Source: Octopus vulgaris
Lineage: Eukaryota
NCBI GenBank assembly: GCA_951406725.2
Contig: OX597835.1
Location: forward strand, 28,768,001-28,832,000
DNA length: 64,000 nucleotides
Direction of reading: 5' to 3'
Numbering within the stretch: position 1 is the first letter of the stretch; each line of letters begins with the position of its first letter. Under the pieces are notes generated by a model, which was not told the origin of the DNA, searched no databases, and saw nothing but the letters and a program-made list of their open reading frames with translations. Shown one piece after another: positions 42,348 to 56,706 of this stretch. The position numbers and the translations under genes were made by a program.

Positions 42348-42733
42348 GTGGAAGCACTCCGTCGGTTACGACGACGAGAGTTCCGGTAGATCCGATCAAC
42401 GGAACAGCCTGCTCGTGAAATTAACGTGTAAGTGGCTGAGCACTCCACAGACACGTGTACCCTTAACGTAGTATCTCGGGGATATTCAGCGTGACACAGA
42501 GAGTGACAAGGCCGGCCCTTTGAAATACAGGTATAACAGAAACAGGAAGTAAGAGTGAGAGAAAGTTGTGGTGAAAGAGTACAGCAGGGATCACCACCAT
42601 CCTTGCCGGAGCCTCTTGGAGCTTTTAGGTGTTTTCGCTCAATAAACACTCACAACGCCCGGTCTGGGAATCGAAACCGCGATCCTACGACCGCGAGTCC
42701 GCTGCCCTAACCACTGGGCCATTGCGCCTCCAC
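42348..42733 (-). mobile_element. SINE family C, full length with TSD
   Basis: TSD CAGGTTGTTAT at ~42337 and ~42735. Confidence 0.93.
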
Positions 42734-42869
42734 CAGGTTGTTATACAGAAACGTTAATAGTGTAGTGGTTGCAGTAAGTATGGAGAGCACATTGGATGGG
42801 TGCATGGAGGTTGTTCAAATAGGAAATATTTCCGACGACAGCAGAGGCAATGTTTCTGATTTCCTAATT

Positions 42870-43385
42870 TGTGGTATTACTGACTGTTTCAGGATCTGGA
42901 ATAACTCACCAAATGTTAGCTTACACTTTCGCGCTTCGTTGTTATATGGATTGGCTCTGTTCCATGACCATTCGAACAAGTTTAGATCAGTAGCTTTTGA
43001 CCTTCAAATTGATTGGGATAAATAGGTAGAATATTCCTTGATTCTCGACTTAAATGAGTTTAAATGTCGGTTATATTGCTTCATCAAGGTGTTTGTGGTA
43101 AGTCCTGTATCATTTTCTTGGTCCAATCTTTTCAGATGGTGTTATATTGAAGCCAGTTATAGACACAAGCGATGATTAAGTATTTTATTGGTGGCACAAA
43201 ATAATTTTCGGCATAATCTCTGATTGAGACATTTCACGGGATCCCATCTATTACAACAATGCACTTGGAAAATTTGGCCTTAACGAGGAACCAATATGTG
43301 ACAGACACTTACACACACAGCTACAGAACCAGGAAAAAGAATCAACAATCTGGTTTAATCCATCCTTTAACATGATTGTAGTCCC
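42870..43385 (-). mobile_element. Decayed Penelope-like GIY-YIG region with an inverted linker piece
   Basis: Minus strand reads TGLTTNTLMKQYNRHLNSFKSRIKEYSTYLSQSI*..WSWNRANPYNNEARKCKL; plus strand TIWFNPSFN near 43345. Confidence 0.75.
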
Positions 43386-43954
43386 CAGCAAAACTAGAAG
43401 AGGCTCATTTATGATACAAAATCGAAGAACAGAAAAATTTTATTTTAAAATGACTAACAGAAACTGAGATATCAATTATTACATAAGCACTCGTGTGAAC
43501 GGATGTCCGTCGGTTTCAACGACATTCGATAATCTGAATTAGCCTATTGAATTAGAGGGTAAGTGGCTGAGTATTCCACAGCATAATCCTCAGGCTGAAG
43601 AGATGTGGTGCAGTTTGTGACATAATTTAATAGTTTAGCTACAGGTATAATCCATCCAACGAGCTTCTGCACAGTTTCCAACTACCTAGTTTCAAATGGA
43701 AGTCATCGGACGCCTCTAGCTTCAGTAAATAACCTTTGTCGAAGATACTACCCAGATCGAACTCGGGATCTCGCAACTGGGAAGCAAACTTCTGAACCAT
43801 ATAGCCACGGCTTCGTTTATTGTAACTACACACACACACTCACACACACTCACACACACACACGCACGCACGCACACACACACGCGCACACACACACACG
43901 CTCACACACACACACACGCGCACACACACACACACACACTCACACACTCACACA

Positions 43955-43993
<39 letters not shown>

Positions 43994-44844
43994 TCAAATT
44001 TACCTCAATTTCATTACCGAGATATATGGTAGTAATCGATTTTGATAGAGTAATCGATATTTTGATGTATCTCGGTAAAAAAAAAATATCAAAATCAATA
44101 AATGTTAAACAGTGCTACAAGAGCATTGTGAAACATTTGTGATGGTCTGGAGTGGGATGAGGAGGAAGGGGAGGAGGAGGAGGAGTAAGGGTGCAATCAA
44201 TTATAACGGTCCACAATTGTTGATTATCACTTTATTTTATCGACAAAATAGACCTTTAGCTATTAAAGTCAATAACTGTCCAATAATAAACAGCTTCTAA
44301 CATTGAAACAAGGTCACGCATTTTAAGAGAGGAAAGGTTGGTTCTTTACACTCAGGACTTCAGTACTTTATTATCGACCTCTGGAATGAAGGGTGAAAGG
44401 CAAAGTTGATCTCATCGAAATTTAGAATCTTTATCTTAAGTAGACAATAGAAAGGACTTTGTATGTTGCTTCACCTATTCAGCTATCCAACCTTTCTTTT
44501 ATTTTAACTGCTTAACCGTTTAGAAAGAAAAGAAGAAAGAAATCAGGCATTAGGAACATTGATATCAGAAAATACTGTGTCGGGCCCTAGGAAACTTAGG
44601 GCTAGTTCTCTGGATTCCAGGGTCTATAAGGGTGTACAACTGTTTCATAACTTTAAAAAAATGTAAATAATTTATATTATTATATTTAAAAATAAATTGC
44701 TTACATTACCTGCATTAATGCCAAATACGAAAAAAATCCTTCAAAATAATGCACGTAAGTAATCTATTTATTATTAAATATAATATAATTTATTTACATG
44801 TTTGTAAGTTACGAAACAATCTGTGGCGATATTAGAATTTTCTT

Positions 44845-45293
44845 ACCTATACATATAAAGCTGAAGTTGTCAGTGTGTGTGTGTGTGGGGGGCAGGTTTG
44901 GTAGCCTTCAACTAACACTATCTCTTCCGAGACCCCGCGGCGCAACTTGACCAAAATTGAGAGTATGATAGAAAAAGGCTTTCTCTTCATTCCGTAGAAG
45001 AAAAAATTCAAATCGGACTATCTTAAGACCAAAAATTATTTACATCAAAAAGGTGCTTTTTTTTAAAGAAAATACCTATTTTTTACGATATTTTGAATGC
45101 TGTGTCGCAATTTTTCGTATATTTCAACCAGAAAAATGTTCACTTAAAGAGAATAACAAGCTACACAATGCCTAATTTTTACTTTTCAAAAATGACTGAA
45201 ACTATGTCAAAACTTTGTTAACGTGACATCAAAGTCTGCCGTTTTAAGCGCAACTAAAAAACAAACCCGAGAAACGCCGGGCTATACTGCGGT
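44845..45293 (+). mobile_element. Non-autonomous Helitron-like element
   Basis: 5' CTATACATATAAAGCTGAAGTTGT plus GT tract; 3' GC hairpin CCCGAGAAACGCCGGG shortly before a decayed CTAG. Confidence 0.6.
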
Positions 45294-45343
45294 TTGTTAA
45301 ATAAAATTTTATCAAACTATTCCTGTCATTTATGACTCTATAA

Positions 45344-45486
45344 CAGTGCTCAGCAACCATTTTTCACTCGTGGTACACTTATATTCTTTTCAAAATTGGG
45401 CGACACACCTGAACTAAAAATATAATTATATTCAGGTTACACTGCGGCAAACCTAACATCTCGTGGTGCACCGGTTGCAGAACCTG
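45344..45486. mobile_element. hAT-type MITE
   Basis: CAGTGCTCAGCAACC..GGTTGCAGAACCTG termini; 8-bp TSD CTCTATAA/CTCTATAC. Confidence 0.75.
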
Positions 45487-45773
45487 CTCTATACACTCAT
45501 TGTTTTTCCCTGTATCGTACTATATACCCTGTTTCGTAGAATGATACATTAAGGAGCTTTTTTATGAGTACAGCCGGATTACTTGAATCCATATATTGTG
45601 ACTTAAAGCATATATATATATATATATATAAATGTATAGGTTTATTATATATATGTATATATATGTGCATATATATATGTATATATGTATATATATATGT
45701 GTATATAAATGTATATATATGTATATATATATATATCTGTAAAATAAATATGTGACAATTATTCAGTAGCCAA

Positions 45774-45834
45774 GATAAAACTCTGAGTTTCGGATGCCGA
45801 GGTGGAAATCCACAACACCATCTCTTCGGTTATC
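45774..45834 (-). ncRNA. Near-intact hammerhead motif (U4->C)
   Basis: GATAA-CCGAAGA-GATG..CATC-C-GAAA-CTC-A-GAG-TT-TTATC; 5-bp stem I. Confidence 0.62.
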
Positions 45835-45919
45835 TGGCCATCTGATAATTTTCCTCTATTTACATGATATTGAGGCCTCTTTCTTTCTTTTGTTATCTTA
45901 CCGATTTATACCAATATGT

Positions 45920-45978
<59 letters not shown>

Positions 45979-46089
45979 TATACAAACATATATGTATACA
46001 CATATATATACATACATATATATATGTATATGCATATATATATACATGTATATACATAGATATATATATACATATATATATATACATAC

Positions 46090-46155
<66 letters not shown>

Positions 46156-46412
46156 TTATAAATGAGGGTGAAAAATAGTGGTCCATCTTATATTTATGTA
46201 TATATATATATATAAGCAATATGTGGACAAGATATGTTAATATGTCAAGTGTAAACAGAGTTGGCTGTTATAATAACCGAGTAAGGGCTAAAATATCCGT
46301 ATATACCAGCGGTGTACGTTCCCGTGTTGTCCCCGGGCATTGGTGTGCAGGCACACTATGCACGTAGAGTACAGGTAACAAAAGGATAACCAAGAATTTA
46401 TCAGGAAACAAA

Positions 46413-46623
46413 TACAAGTAATCAGAAAATGGAGAAAACGTCAGATTAACAAACACATCGATTGGACCACATTTAAAGCTTTTTTTTACAAAGCATAACA
46501 TAGATATGTCACATCACCTATTTGTTACGTTATGCTTTGTATTAAAAAAACTAAGCTATAAATAATGTGGTGCAATCTATGTGCTTGTTTATCTGAGGTT
46601 TACTCCATTTTCTGTTTACTTAT
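46413..46623. repeat. Diverged ~90-bp inverted repeat next to (TA)n
   Basis: AAGTAATCAGAAAATGGAG..ACAAAGCATAAC versus GTTATGCTTTGT..CTCCATTTTCTGTTTACTT. Confidence 0.8.
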
Positions 46624-46670
46624 ATATATATATGTGTGGTAACATCTGAAATGTTGTCGTGGTATATGTT

Positions 46671-46736
46671 TGGCTGATGAAGATAGATCAAGTTTATGGG
46701 TGCAGACATATCTTGAAAAATCTGAAACCGGCGCCA
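46671..46736 (+). ncRNA. Hammerhead motif with altered cleavage triplet
   Basis: TGG-CTGATGA-AGAT..ATCT-GAAA-CCGG-CG-CCA. Confidence 0.55.
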
Positions 46737-46929
46737 GTCCCACATTATCCTTTTCTAGGTATTTCATCTTTCAGATGTTCTCCCTGGAGGTAAGACAATT
46801 TTTTCTAGTTTGTTGCACTCACGCATGTTTGCTAGTACATACGCGGTGAAGCTATACATTAGCGTCGTATTATTACATTCGCTATTTCCAGTAAATATCG
46901 GTACTTTGTTGTGTCATATATTTACTTCG

Positions 46930-46976
<47 letters not shown>

Positions 46977-47071
46977 ATCCAAACAAGAAAACACAAAAAA
47001 ACACAGCAACGCGAGGGCGTGGAACAAATAAAGTATTATTGGACGCCCAGGAAAGAAGGGAAGAAGAAGGG

Positions 47072-47137
<66 letters not shown>

Positions 47138-47420
47138 GTATGTATGAATGTGCATGTATACATATGTATATATATATATTGATAGATAAACAGATAGATA
47201 TATACTTGTGTGTGTGTGCATCTCTTTGTGGCTGTGTTTGTTCCCCAACATCGCTTGACAACCGGTGTTGGTTTGTTTACAAATAGAATAAGTACCTGGC
47301 TCGATTAATGCAACTAAAATTATTCAAGGCGGTACCCCAGCATGACCGCAGTCTATTGACTGAAACAGGTAATAGACAAAAGCTATTCACAAAACAGTAT
47401 CACCGAAGTCTTCAAATTCG

Positions 47421-47727
<307 letters not shown>

Positions 47728-47889
47728 AAAAACTAGAATATAACAACAGGTGACTGAGAACAAATAAATTGAGCTGGCGTGTATGAAGTGAAAACTTAAG
47801 CGGTATTGGCGGTCGGTAGTCAAGCCAAGAAAGAAAGATCATGGCTGGTCGGACACCGGTCACGTGGAAGGAGGAGAGAGGGTAGGGCA

Positions 47890-47927
<38 letters not shown>

Positions 47928-48159
47928 GTACATACATATATACGGCAGTCTTCCACACAGTTTCCCTCAATCAAATCCATTCACAAGCCATTGGTCGGAA
48001 GATACTTACCCAATGCGTCGCGCTGTGGTATTGAACCCGTGGTTGTAAAGCGATCTTCTTATCCACGCAGTTACGCCTCTGTGTAAGTAAATACTATGAC
48101 GTATTCTGTCGGGTGTTTTACTAGTGGTGGGGGAGCATATGCCGTCCTGTTGCTACATC

Positions 48160-48196
<37 letters not shown>

Positions 48197-49704
48197 TATA
48201 TATATATGCATATATATGCATATATATGCATGTATATTTTATTCTTTTTTATATATTATGTTTGACTGAATGATAAATCAGTTTTGTCTTATTTCCGTAA
48301 AAGAAAAGCGGATGTTCCCGCATCACGCCCATAAGGTGTGGAAGATGTGCTGGTACTCATTCCAGTTTAAATTCATATTTTTTCCTGCCATTTAATGTAT
48401 TGGCAATCAAACTTTTCCGCCTTCTTTCCAGTAGAAGAGCGCTTAAAGGGAACATTTTAAATTCGCCAGTTTTGGCAAAAAAAAAAAAACAAAAATAAAA
48501 AAAAAACTAAAATAACTCTTAAATTATAGGCCACACCCTGTTATTTAATTTTCATATAGCTTACAACCTAGTTTTGCATTAGACCCAAGTTTATATCAAT
48601 TACGTCACTGTTGCTTTTAAGAAATACATGGACGTCAATACAATCCCTCTTCTTCGTTTCACCTAAATATAGGGGCCATCGCACCCAGAAAAAAACAATA
48701 ACAAAAAAAAAACCAGAAAACCAATTACACCTATTCACTCCTCGAAAATCAAATAGTTTATGAATAAATCTTTAAAATGAAGATGTACTCGTTAATTAGT
48801 AAATAATGTGTGTAAAGGAAAGGCAATGTCGTCAGAACGGTATTTTGTCTCTTCTCATTACGTTTGGAGTTCAAATCGCGCTGAGGTCGATTTGGCTTTT
48901 CATGATTCGGGGCCGATAAGCTAAAGGATTAGTCGTTAACCGAGACCGATTTAATGAGCAACTGCCTGCCAGAAAATTTCTGGCCTTGTTCTTTTAGAAA
49001 TAATATTATAATATTCTGTCTATTAGAGAGAAAACGATTTAATATTTACATTTATAACAATGTTTCATTCGGCTTCATCTCCAACCGTCTTCAGGTAAAT
49101 GTCTTTTTTCTGAATGTATTCTACATATGGCTATGGAATGAAGTTGCTATTGATAAAGATCACATCGTTCGTTTACAAATTGCTGACTGCAATAAACATT
49201 TTCCATCCATCCATTGAAGCCTTCATAGTCAATAAGGGTCCCACGATAGAATGAGTAGTTTAGGTCAACAGTGTCATTCGAATACTAAAGCGGAATTTAG
49301 AGCAAAAACTCAAGGGCCGGAATAAATACCGGTTTGGCATTTCATCCGACGTCCTAACAATTCTGCAAAGCCAATGCCGCCCAAAACTGACACTTTATTT
49401 ATCGACCCGAAAATTTGAAAAGCAGGGTCGGCGTCAGCAGGATTCGAGCTCAGAGCTTAGAGAACTGTTACAAATACACAAAGAGTATTATCTGACGCTC
49501 TAACGACTCCTTAGTGGAGTAGTATGGACATTTGGAAAAGTCAAAGAAGTAGAACGCATAGAACCTGCTGAAAAATACAAAACAACAAAATAATCAGTTC
49601 TCTCAGATGCTGGCACCAACTCAGTACGACGATTGTACGAAGAAAACGTAGCTAAATAATCTAAAACCGAAGATTGATTGTAATTGGTAAAGATAAAAGT
49701 TACC

Positions 49705-49945
49705 TTCCCGAGTAACACCGACTCATGAGGGCCGGTTTTCCTGTTTCCACGGCGTATATATTCCCCACAGGGACAGGACGCCAGTCTGTCGCAGGATTAC
49801 TTCATTTTGCTCGCTGAGTAGCCTGGTGCAATGTGAAACGAATGTTTTGCTTAAGAACACAACACGTTGCCTATTCCAGGAAAAGAAACCACAATCTTAC
49901 GATTAGGAGTCCAGCACCCCTAACCATTAAGCCACGTGCTTCCAC
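49705..49945 (-). mobile_element. Old tRNA-derived SINE
   Basis: Minus strand GTGGAAGCACGTGGCTTAATGGTTAGGGGTGCTGGACTC head, then GTTGTGTTCTTAAGCAAAAC. Confidence 0.6.
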
Positions 49946-50729
49946 AGTGGGTAAAGGTGCCACACCCATTAATTTAGGAACAAAGAAAAGTTCCTTATTT
50001 GGATGTAGTTCGATATATTTATGTATTATGCGGTTAATTAGCACATTAGAGCTTGCATACCTATGGATCCGGTGGACTCCGCGGAAGAAACAGTGGTGGT
50101 TCAATAGAGGGTAAGGCGGTTGCAACAATGCATTGTAGAGGGCGGAGAGCAAGATGTGGCATGACATCTTGGTTATCCACTGCATCTGTCTCCAACTCCA
50201 ATCATCTTGTCGAGAAAGTCAGGTCGACCTTAGGCAACGCTTCTTCATTTAAGTCAGTGCGCAAGTAGTCAATCATCCTCAACGATGACCAGATGGTCCA
50301 CGTCGCTCCGGCAAACATGATGGTATTTGTACGCATAAGTATCAACCTCTCTCTGTCTGTCTGTCTTTCTCTCTGTCTCTGTCTCTCTCTCTGTCTGTCA
50401 CTCTCTCTCTCTAAACATATACATAAAGTTAAAATCGTCACATCAAAGTGGCTGTTCAATGTTACGACAAGTTTAACACAAGGCAGATCTTCTGTCAGCT
50501 GGTTATCGGTGCGACGCTGCACCCTGTATAAACATATATATTGCTAGCAGGAGGAGCGAATCCCTACCATCCTCTAGCAGACAACAGGATCGCGAGACTG
50601 ATTCAGGTTCGAGCTGGTTGGCTCATCCGCAGTCGCGAGTACCTGGTTGCCAGGGTCCGCTCCAGCCAGCAATATATTATTAAAAAAAGCGACCATCGGT
50701 CACTAATTTGCAACAAGCAAAATGGCTAC

Positions 50730-50908
50730 TTGTAAAATATCAAGAAGAGATCAGAGTCGTAACATATACTAACAAGTAAAGTTAATCGCCACATCAAAGA
50801 CCTGCCTAGGGTTAAACTAGTAGTGACATGGAACAGCCACTTTGATGTGGCGATCAACTTTAATTGTTTGCATAGTTACTACTCTGATCTCATCTTGAGA
50901 TTTCACAA
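50730..50908. mobile_element. MITE-like foldback; partial inverted copy at 50424-50491
   Basis: ~70-bp arms 50730-50799 and 50840-50908 (AAAGTT(A/G)ATCGCCACATCAAAG core). Confidence 0.75.
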
Positions 50909-50964
50909 CTACATACATACATACACACATACATACATACGTACATACATACTTACTTACATAC

Positions 50965-51120
50965 GAGTGGCTGTGTGGTAAGAAGCTTGCTTCCCATCCA
51001 CATGGCTCCGGGTTCAATCCCACTGTGTGGCATCTTGGGCAAGTGTCTTCTACTATAGCCTCGGGCTGACCAAAGCCTTGTGAGTGGATTTGGTAGGCAG
51101 AAACTGAAAGAATCCTGTCG

Positions 51121-51190
<70 letters not shown>

Positions 51191-51202
51191 TATACATATA
51201 TA

Positions 51203-51238
<36 letters not shown>

Positions 51239-51493
51239 TGTATGTATGTATGTATGTATGTATGTATGTGTGTATGTATGAATTTGCGTGCCTGTATTTG
51301 TCCCAACATTACCATTACCATAGCTTGACAATCGATGTTGGTGTGTTTGCGTTCCCATAACTTAGCGATTTGGCAAGAAAGTCTATAGAATAAGTACTAG
51401 GCTTACAAAGAATAAGTCCTGGGGTCGATTACTTCGACTAAAGGTGGTGCTCCAGTATGGCCGCAGTCAAATGACTGAAACAAGTAAAAGAAA
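50965..51493 (+). mobile_element. SINE family A with expanded internal microsatellite
   Basis: Colinear with family A. Confidence 0.9.
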
Positions 51494-51536
51494 AACACAT
51501 ATATATATATATTTATATATATGTATGTATGTATGT

Positions 51537-51673
<137 letters not shown>

Positions 51674-51834
51674 ATTTGGTCATCACTAATTGTGATTCTG
51701 GTTGCTAAAAGCCCAGTTATTGCTAGAAATAAGAGTTAAACTCGTATAGCTGCGTGAAAAATACATTTAAATGTACTGACAGGATAGGCAATTGCTCCAT
51801 GAGCAAAGCTGGACCTCTTGATTGGTGCTAAAAT

Positions 51835-52335
51835 ACGCACCAGTCAAGTACTGGCGTCGATGTAACCAAGTAGCTTCCCGCCCCCTCAGGCCTTGCGCCT
51901 ATAGAAGAAAAAATTATCAGGCGGCGAGCTGGTAGAATCACTAGCACACAGGGCAAAATTCGTATCGCATTCTGAGTTCAAATTTCATCGAGGTTGACTT
52001 CGCGGTCGATAAAATAAGTACCAATTGAAAACCAGGATCGCTGTCACCAACATACTCCTCCCTTAAAGTTGCTGACCCTGTGCTAGAACCAATATTAATG
52101 ATATTATTCACGTCCCGAAGGCAGAATCGTTAGCACGCCGGGCGAAATGGAAATGCTTAGCGGTATTTCGTCCGTCTTTGTGCTCTGAGTTCAAATTTCG
52201 CCGAGGTCGACTTTGCCTTTCATCCTTTCGTGGTCGATAAATTCAGTACCAGTTGCGTACTGGTGTCGATCTAATCGACTGCCCCCCCCACTCCCACAAA
52301 ATTTCGGGCCGTGTGTCTAGATTAGAAAAGATTAT
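51835..52335 (+). mobile_element. Cluster of SINE family B copies
   Basis: Repeated heads GGCGGCGAGCTGGTAGAATC / GGCAGAATCGTTAGCACGCCGGGCG. Confidence 0.85.
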
Positions 52336-52627
52336 TCACGTCCCGGTTTCGTTTCTCGATTAAGTCGAGTTCTTTATTTATATCACACTAATTATTGTGG
52401 AACGGGCTTCCACTACTTCAGTTTTACAGAAATTGTAATCGACAACATTTCTTTTCTTTTCTTTTTCTGCTTTTATATATTTTTTTTCAAAGGGAGAATC
52501 TTTATTCCCCTCCTCCCTTCACTCACCAACACTGGTGAAACCAATGTGGTAGACATTGGCAGATTTTAGTGTCAACGCTGAGGAGGTAATTTGAAGACAA
52601 TGGACAGAGGAATGTGATGGACCAAAT

Positions 52628-52681
<54 letters not shown>

Positions 52682-53037
52682 TCCTTCTCCCTCTCATACA
52701 CACTTCCCGTCCTCTCTCCCTCGCACACTCTTATCCTCTCGCTCCCTCTTCTTCACCTTCTTCACACACATACACCATTTTTATTCCTCTGTCTCTCTCA
52801 CTCTCTCTCTCTCTCACACACACTCACTCCTCCCTTCATAAATTCATTCACTCATACAAACCCCTTCCCCTTCATGCATCCACACATTCTCTCTCACACG
52901 ATCTCTCTCTCTCTTTCTCTCTCTCGCGCTTACATACGCACACACATATACACTCTATCTATCTCTCTTTCTCACACACACTATTTCTCTCTCTCGCACA
53001 CATACACAATCTCTATCACTTCTAGCTTTCCCTGAAT

Positions 53038-53113
<76 letters not shown>

Positions 53114-53444
53114 AGCACATGGAATTCTGGCAGCTATGGGAAAACGGCCCACACGGAGAATTTTTCCGAGATTATTCGAACTTGAAATTTACTTTTCTTT
53201 CTTGCTCCGGGCGAAGGTCAAACCAAGTGCAGGACTTAGATAACCCTTGTTTCCTATTTCTTTAATTTCCAGTAAAAAATAATTAACAGAGACTTAAATA
53301 GCAAAAGGGATTTACGACATCTTCGAAAGCGTTTTCCTTTTCAACGAGCAGATTCTGTTTTGACTTTCATAGAAAGGTAATGTGTGTGTTTGTGTGTGTG
53401 TGTGTGTGAGAAAGAGAGAAAGAGAGACAGAGAGAGAGAGAGAG

Positions 53445-53494
<50 letters not shown>

Positions 53495-53784
53495 TTTCTC
53501 TGACCACTGCTTGTCAAGCAGTGTTAATGTGTTATACGTTCCTGTAACATAGCGGTTCAGCAAAAGAAACAGATAGAATAAGTGCTAAGCTATAAAAAAT
53601 AATTGAGTCGATTCGGTCGACATAAACTCTTCGAAGCAGTGCCCCAGCAAGGCCGCAATCCATTGATTGAAACATGTATAAGATAATATACATGCATATA
53701 ACATACATAACACGCATACATACATTCACACACATACACGCACACATGCATACATACATATTTATATATACACTGTGTATGCTG

Positions 53785-54475
53785 ACCCTCTTCTCCCACG
53801 TCCTAGTTCACACGGGATGCCTCTCAACGCCTCCAATTTCTGTAGTAATAGCTCAAGAACCAGTACATGCAGAAGAGACGGGAGGGGACACCCTTGACGG
53901 ACCGAACGTATGATGTTGATGAGCTCGGATAGGTAACCATTCACCCTGATTACCAAGTGAACGTCACTGTATACATTACAGTGATCCAGCCACGAAAACG
54001 GGACTGAAACTGGTCGCCAAGTATTGGTAGTCGACCTTATCGAACGCTTAGATTGATCCAAATTGCCAGGTTCCTTACCCACCCAATCTATGATGTATTG
54101 CATGAGGTGGAGTTTGTCGTGGATGGATCTGCTTGGGATTGTGCATGTTTGCAAATCACAAATCAGTTCCTCGATGACAAGCGCCAACTTCTTTGCTAAC
54201 GCCTTGGCCAAAATTTTGAAGTCTGCGTTGAGAAACGTTATCGCCTTAAAGCGTTCTATTTGATCGCTCTTCTTTGAGTCCTTTCTTAGCAGTTTCACTG
54301 CTCCTCGACTCTCACAATTCGAAAGTGTCACGTTCTGCTGCCGGTTGCGGTAGATGTCTGCCAAAAGGCCGGCAATCAAGTATGGTGTATAGAAGTAAAG
54401 CTCATAGGGCACCGTCCGAACCAGGTGATCTGCATCCCGAGTAAATCCTCATCGCATTCCGTATTTCCGCGGCTG
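53785..54475 (-). mobile_element. L1/Tx1-clade reverse transcriptase fragment, decayed
   Basis: FKAITFLNADFKILAKALAKKL, QTCTIPSRSIHDKL, LDQSK, RSVRQGCPL. Confidence 0.85.
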
Positions 54476-54489
54476 TTACAAATCACAAC

Positions 54490-56548
54490 TTGTGGTCTGT
54501 GTCACCGACCAATTTTATTAGGAAATCAATGAAAATCTGGAATACAGAGTTAGCTTCATGGAGAAAACTTTTGGCGACGGTTAACATTAAGAGAGGCATA
54601 TTTCAAGGAGCTAGCCTATTACCATGGCCGATTGGTGTGATTAGTTCTCGGAACTTGTTCCTGGGCGCTGCATAGATAAGAGTAGCCAATCGCCCTATTG
54701 CAGGATGTGTAGCAGCAGAAACGAAACAATCTCACATATTGTGAGTGAATGTGGCAAGCTGACTCAAAAGCACAACAAAAGGAGTCTCGAACAGAGCACG
54801 GAAATGATACGAACATGAACCAGAAGGATTCAGAGAACAAGGATGTTGTGGGATTTTACAATCCAATGCGATTGCCTAACCCAGGCTCGGAGACCAGATA
54901 TTGTTATTGTAGATAAACGAAAAAAAAAAGATATCAAAATCATAGATACTGCGGAAAGTGACATCGGGGCACACCTTGAAAAATGGGGGAAAATTAAATT
55001 ATCTATAATATATGGATGATTTAAAGATCTTAGAAAGAGCGAAAGCAAAATAAAAAGCCTAGTTTCAACACTGCATATATTCAGTAAGGATATCGGGATT
55101 GAATTTGGGACAAAAAAGTGTGGTATGCTTATAATATAAAGAGGCAAAGTAGTGTCACTTGATGTTGTAGAGCTGCTCAACGGCGAGAGAATCAAGGATA
55201 TTGAGACTAATGGATATAACTATCTGGGGATTTTAGAACACGACAAAATCAAGGAAATATGAAATGAAGGAAAGCTTTAGGCGAGAATATCTCAGAAGAA
55301 CCAAGTTAATTATGAGAAGTAAACTCAATGGAAAAACATAATCAGGGCAATGAACACATGGGCTGTTTCCTTAATGCGATACGGCGCAGCTGTTGGTGGG
55401 TGGACAAAAAAAACGAGCTTGAGGAAATGGACAGGAAAACTAGAAAAGAGATGACAATTATCGAGGAACTACACCCCAAAAGCGATACTGACAGACTGTA
55501 CGTGCCTAGAAACAGTGATAGAAGGGGTCTCATAGGATGCAAGTTCTGTGTTGTCAACGAGAACAGTCTGGGATGGTACATCAAACAGCAGAGTGAATCC
55601 TTGCTTGCAACAGTTAAAATTAACAATACCTACCAAAAGTGTGATGCACCCACAAACATTTAAGATTCAAGATGAAGAAGAAAGAGTAAACAATTGGAAA
55701 ATGAAATCACTGCATGGGGAATGTCTCAGAGAAATCGAAGGAAAAGATAAGATCAACACTTGGAGATGGCTAAGGAAAAGTGATCTGAAAGGCATTGATA
55801 TGAATCGCCCAGGAACAAGTTCTGAGAACTAATTATACCAAATAGATAAGAGTAGCCAATCGCCCCTTTGCAGGATGTGTAGCAGCAGAAACGAAACAAT
55901 CTCACATATTGTGAGTGATTGTGGCAAGCTGGCCCAAAAGCACAACAAAAGGTTCACGCGATAAAGTGGCTAATTTCGTCCTCTAGAGGCTATGTGAAAT
56001 AATACAAACATGTACCAGAAGGAATCAGTGAGAACAAGCAACATAAAATGCTGTGGGATTTTACAAACCTTTGTGACTCCCTAATCGAGTCTCGGAGACC
56101 AGATATTGTTGTGGTAGATAAAGGAAAAGAAGAATCCAAGAAACAGAGATATTGCAATACCTGGAGATGCATGCACAAGTGACAAAGAAGTAGAAAAGAT
56201 TGAAAAGTACAGACTACTCAAAGACGAAATTGCAAGAATGTGGACTATGAGAAGAGTGTCTGTCATTCCTGTAGTTGTAGGGGCACTAACAACCAAGTTC
56301 GAGAAATATGTCAAAGTAATCGGAATTGACATGAGAGCAGAGCAAACCCCCAAAACTGCTCTGCTGGGGACAGCTAGGATTTTGAGATTGGTACTTGGAT
56401 GTTGAATGTCTCCCACGATAATTAACAACCAAGTATTAAAGCTTATTATGTGCGGAAAAAAGACCCTGTGAGACCTCTGACAGCAGACTTGCTGTCCGCC
56501 CTCACATATTCTACCAGAACAAACAAAACCGAACGTTCTGAGAAGACA
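54490..56548 (+). mobile_element. Third R4/Dong family, decayed and rearranged
   Basis: IKRGIFQG.SL, YMDDLK, DIGIEFGTKKC, LHPKSDTDRLYVPR, SLHGE, CRMC..ETISHIVS, RPDIVVVD; ends in (TAA)n. Confidence 0.88.
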
Positions 56549-56551
56549 ATG

Positions 56552-56603
<52 letters not shown>

Positions 56604-56607
56604 TAAC

Positions 56608-56688
<81 letters not shown>

Positions 56689-56706
56689 AATGATGATGAT
56701 GATGAT

